Shown here: positions 63,592 to 64,000 of the stretch, in pieces
Layout of the letters: each line of letters opens with the position of its first letter
Numbering within the stretch: the stretch's first letter is position 1
DNA from: an uncultured delta proteobacterium
Lineage (GTDB): Bacteria; Desulfobacterota; Deferrimicrobia; Deferrimicrobiales; Deferrimicrobiaceae
Direction: 5' to 3'
DNA length: 64,000 bases
Assembly (NCBI GenBank): GCA_963770975.1
Contig: CAVYRM010000008.1
Location: 79,858-143,857, forward strand
Notes under the pieces: model-generated
Databases searched by the model: none
What the model saw: the letters and a program-made list of their open reading frames with translations, nothing else
Told to the model about the DNA's origin: nothing
Made by a program: the position numbers and the translations under genes

Positions 63592-64000
63592 CGCGGCGTT
63601 TCCTGCCCCTGCTTGTCGTCCTGCTCGTCTCGATCGCCTACCCGGCCCTCGTCCGCGGAACGGTCGGTCAAGGTGGGGCAGACGGTCCCGGAATTCTCCC
63701 TCCCCGGGCTGGACGGGGAGACCAGTCTCCTTCCACAAGGACATCCGCGGGAAGGCCCCGCTCACGGTGCTCTTCTTCATGACCACGGCGTGTTCCGCCT
63801 GCTACGAGGAGACTCCGGGAGATCCACGAGTTCGCCTCGAAGCACCCGGGCAAGATCGAAACCTGGGCCGTCGCGGTCGACCTTCGCGGGGCGCAGACGG
63901 TGGGTCCCTACCAGCAGTCGAACCGGTTCCGCGTGAAATACCTGATCGACCCGAAATTCTCCCTTCCCCGGGTCTTCGGATTCCACTACACCCCGTCCCT
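63588..64000 (+). CDS. Secreted TlpA-like thioredoxin (CSAC), 3' partial, with about two frame changes.
   Basis: The signal peptide is RRFLPLLVVLLVSIAYPALV. Then VGQTVPEFSLPGLDGE..., PLTVLFFMTTACSACYEE and WAVAVDLRGAQTV...YLIDPKFSLPRVFGFHYTPS. It resembles the 58987-59535 protein. Confidence 0.6.

Overview
This is a visibly GC-rich bacterial chromosomal window. I saw no rRNA, CRISPR array, transposase or integrase. c-type cytochrome biology dominates it: I counted about 105-110 CxxCH heme-binding motifs across 12 predicted cytochrome genes, by eye.

Three cytochrome loci stand out:
- Locus 1 (about 3681-12625): a SurA/PpiD-like PPIase, a 26-heme cytochrome, a 16-heme cytochrome, an NHL beta-propeller and a fused membrane/spermidine-synthase-like protein.
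- Locus 2 (43740-50468): a c3-type tetraheme, System II cytochrome maturation genes (ResB/CcsA), a roughly 14-heme cytochrome, a pentaheme, and two thioredoxin-fold/TPR fusions that have lost the CxxC active site.
- Locus 3 (50611-64000): a NapH-like polyferredoxin, a sensor kinase with a CxxCH motif in its periplasmic domain, a sigma-54 activator and a near-consensus sigma-54 promoter. These precede an FN3/NHL propeller, an 808-aa Thr/Gly-rich 14-heme cytochrome, four TlpA-like thioredoxins, a PpiC-type PPIase and a c554-like multiheme cytochrome.

Between these loci lies an ordinary block (13034-41475). It carries purC, a two-subunit biotin carboxylase, a NUDIX CoA pyrophosphatase, metW, glgP, serC, serA, purA, two-component systems, two tandem hexaheme c7-type cytochromes and two small tetrahemes. 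There are three tRNAs: Ala-GGC, Lys-TTT and Glu-TTC.

A major caveat applies. Outside the central block, most genes must be read across one to several frame changes, often at homopolymer runs. Gene boundaries there are therefore reconstructions, and the ORF track fragments the genes. The lineage cannot be determined without a search; the gene content resembles metal-respiring Desulfuromonadota-type organisms. The long antisense ORFs in the track are GC-driven artefacts.
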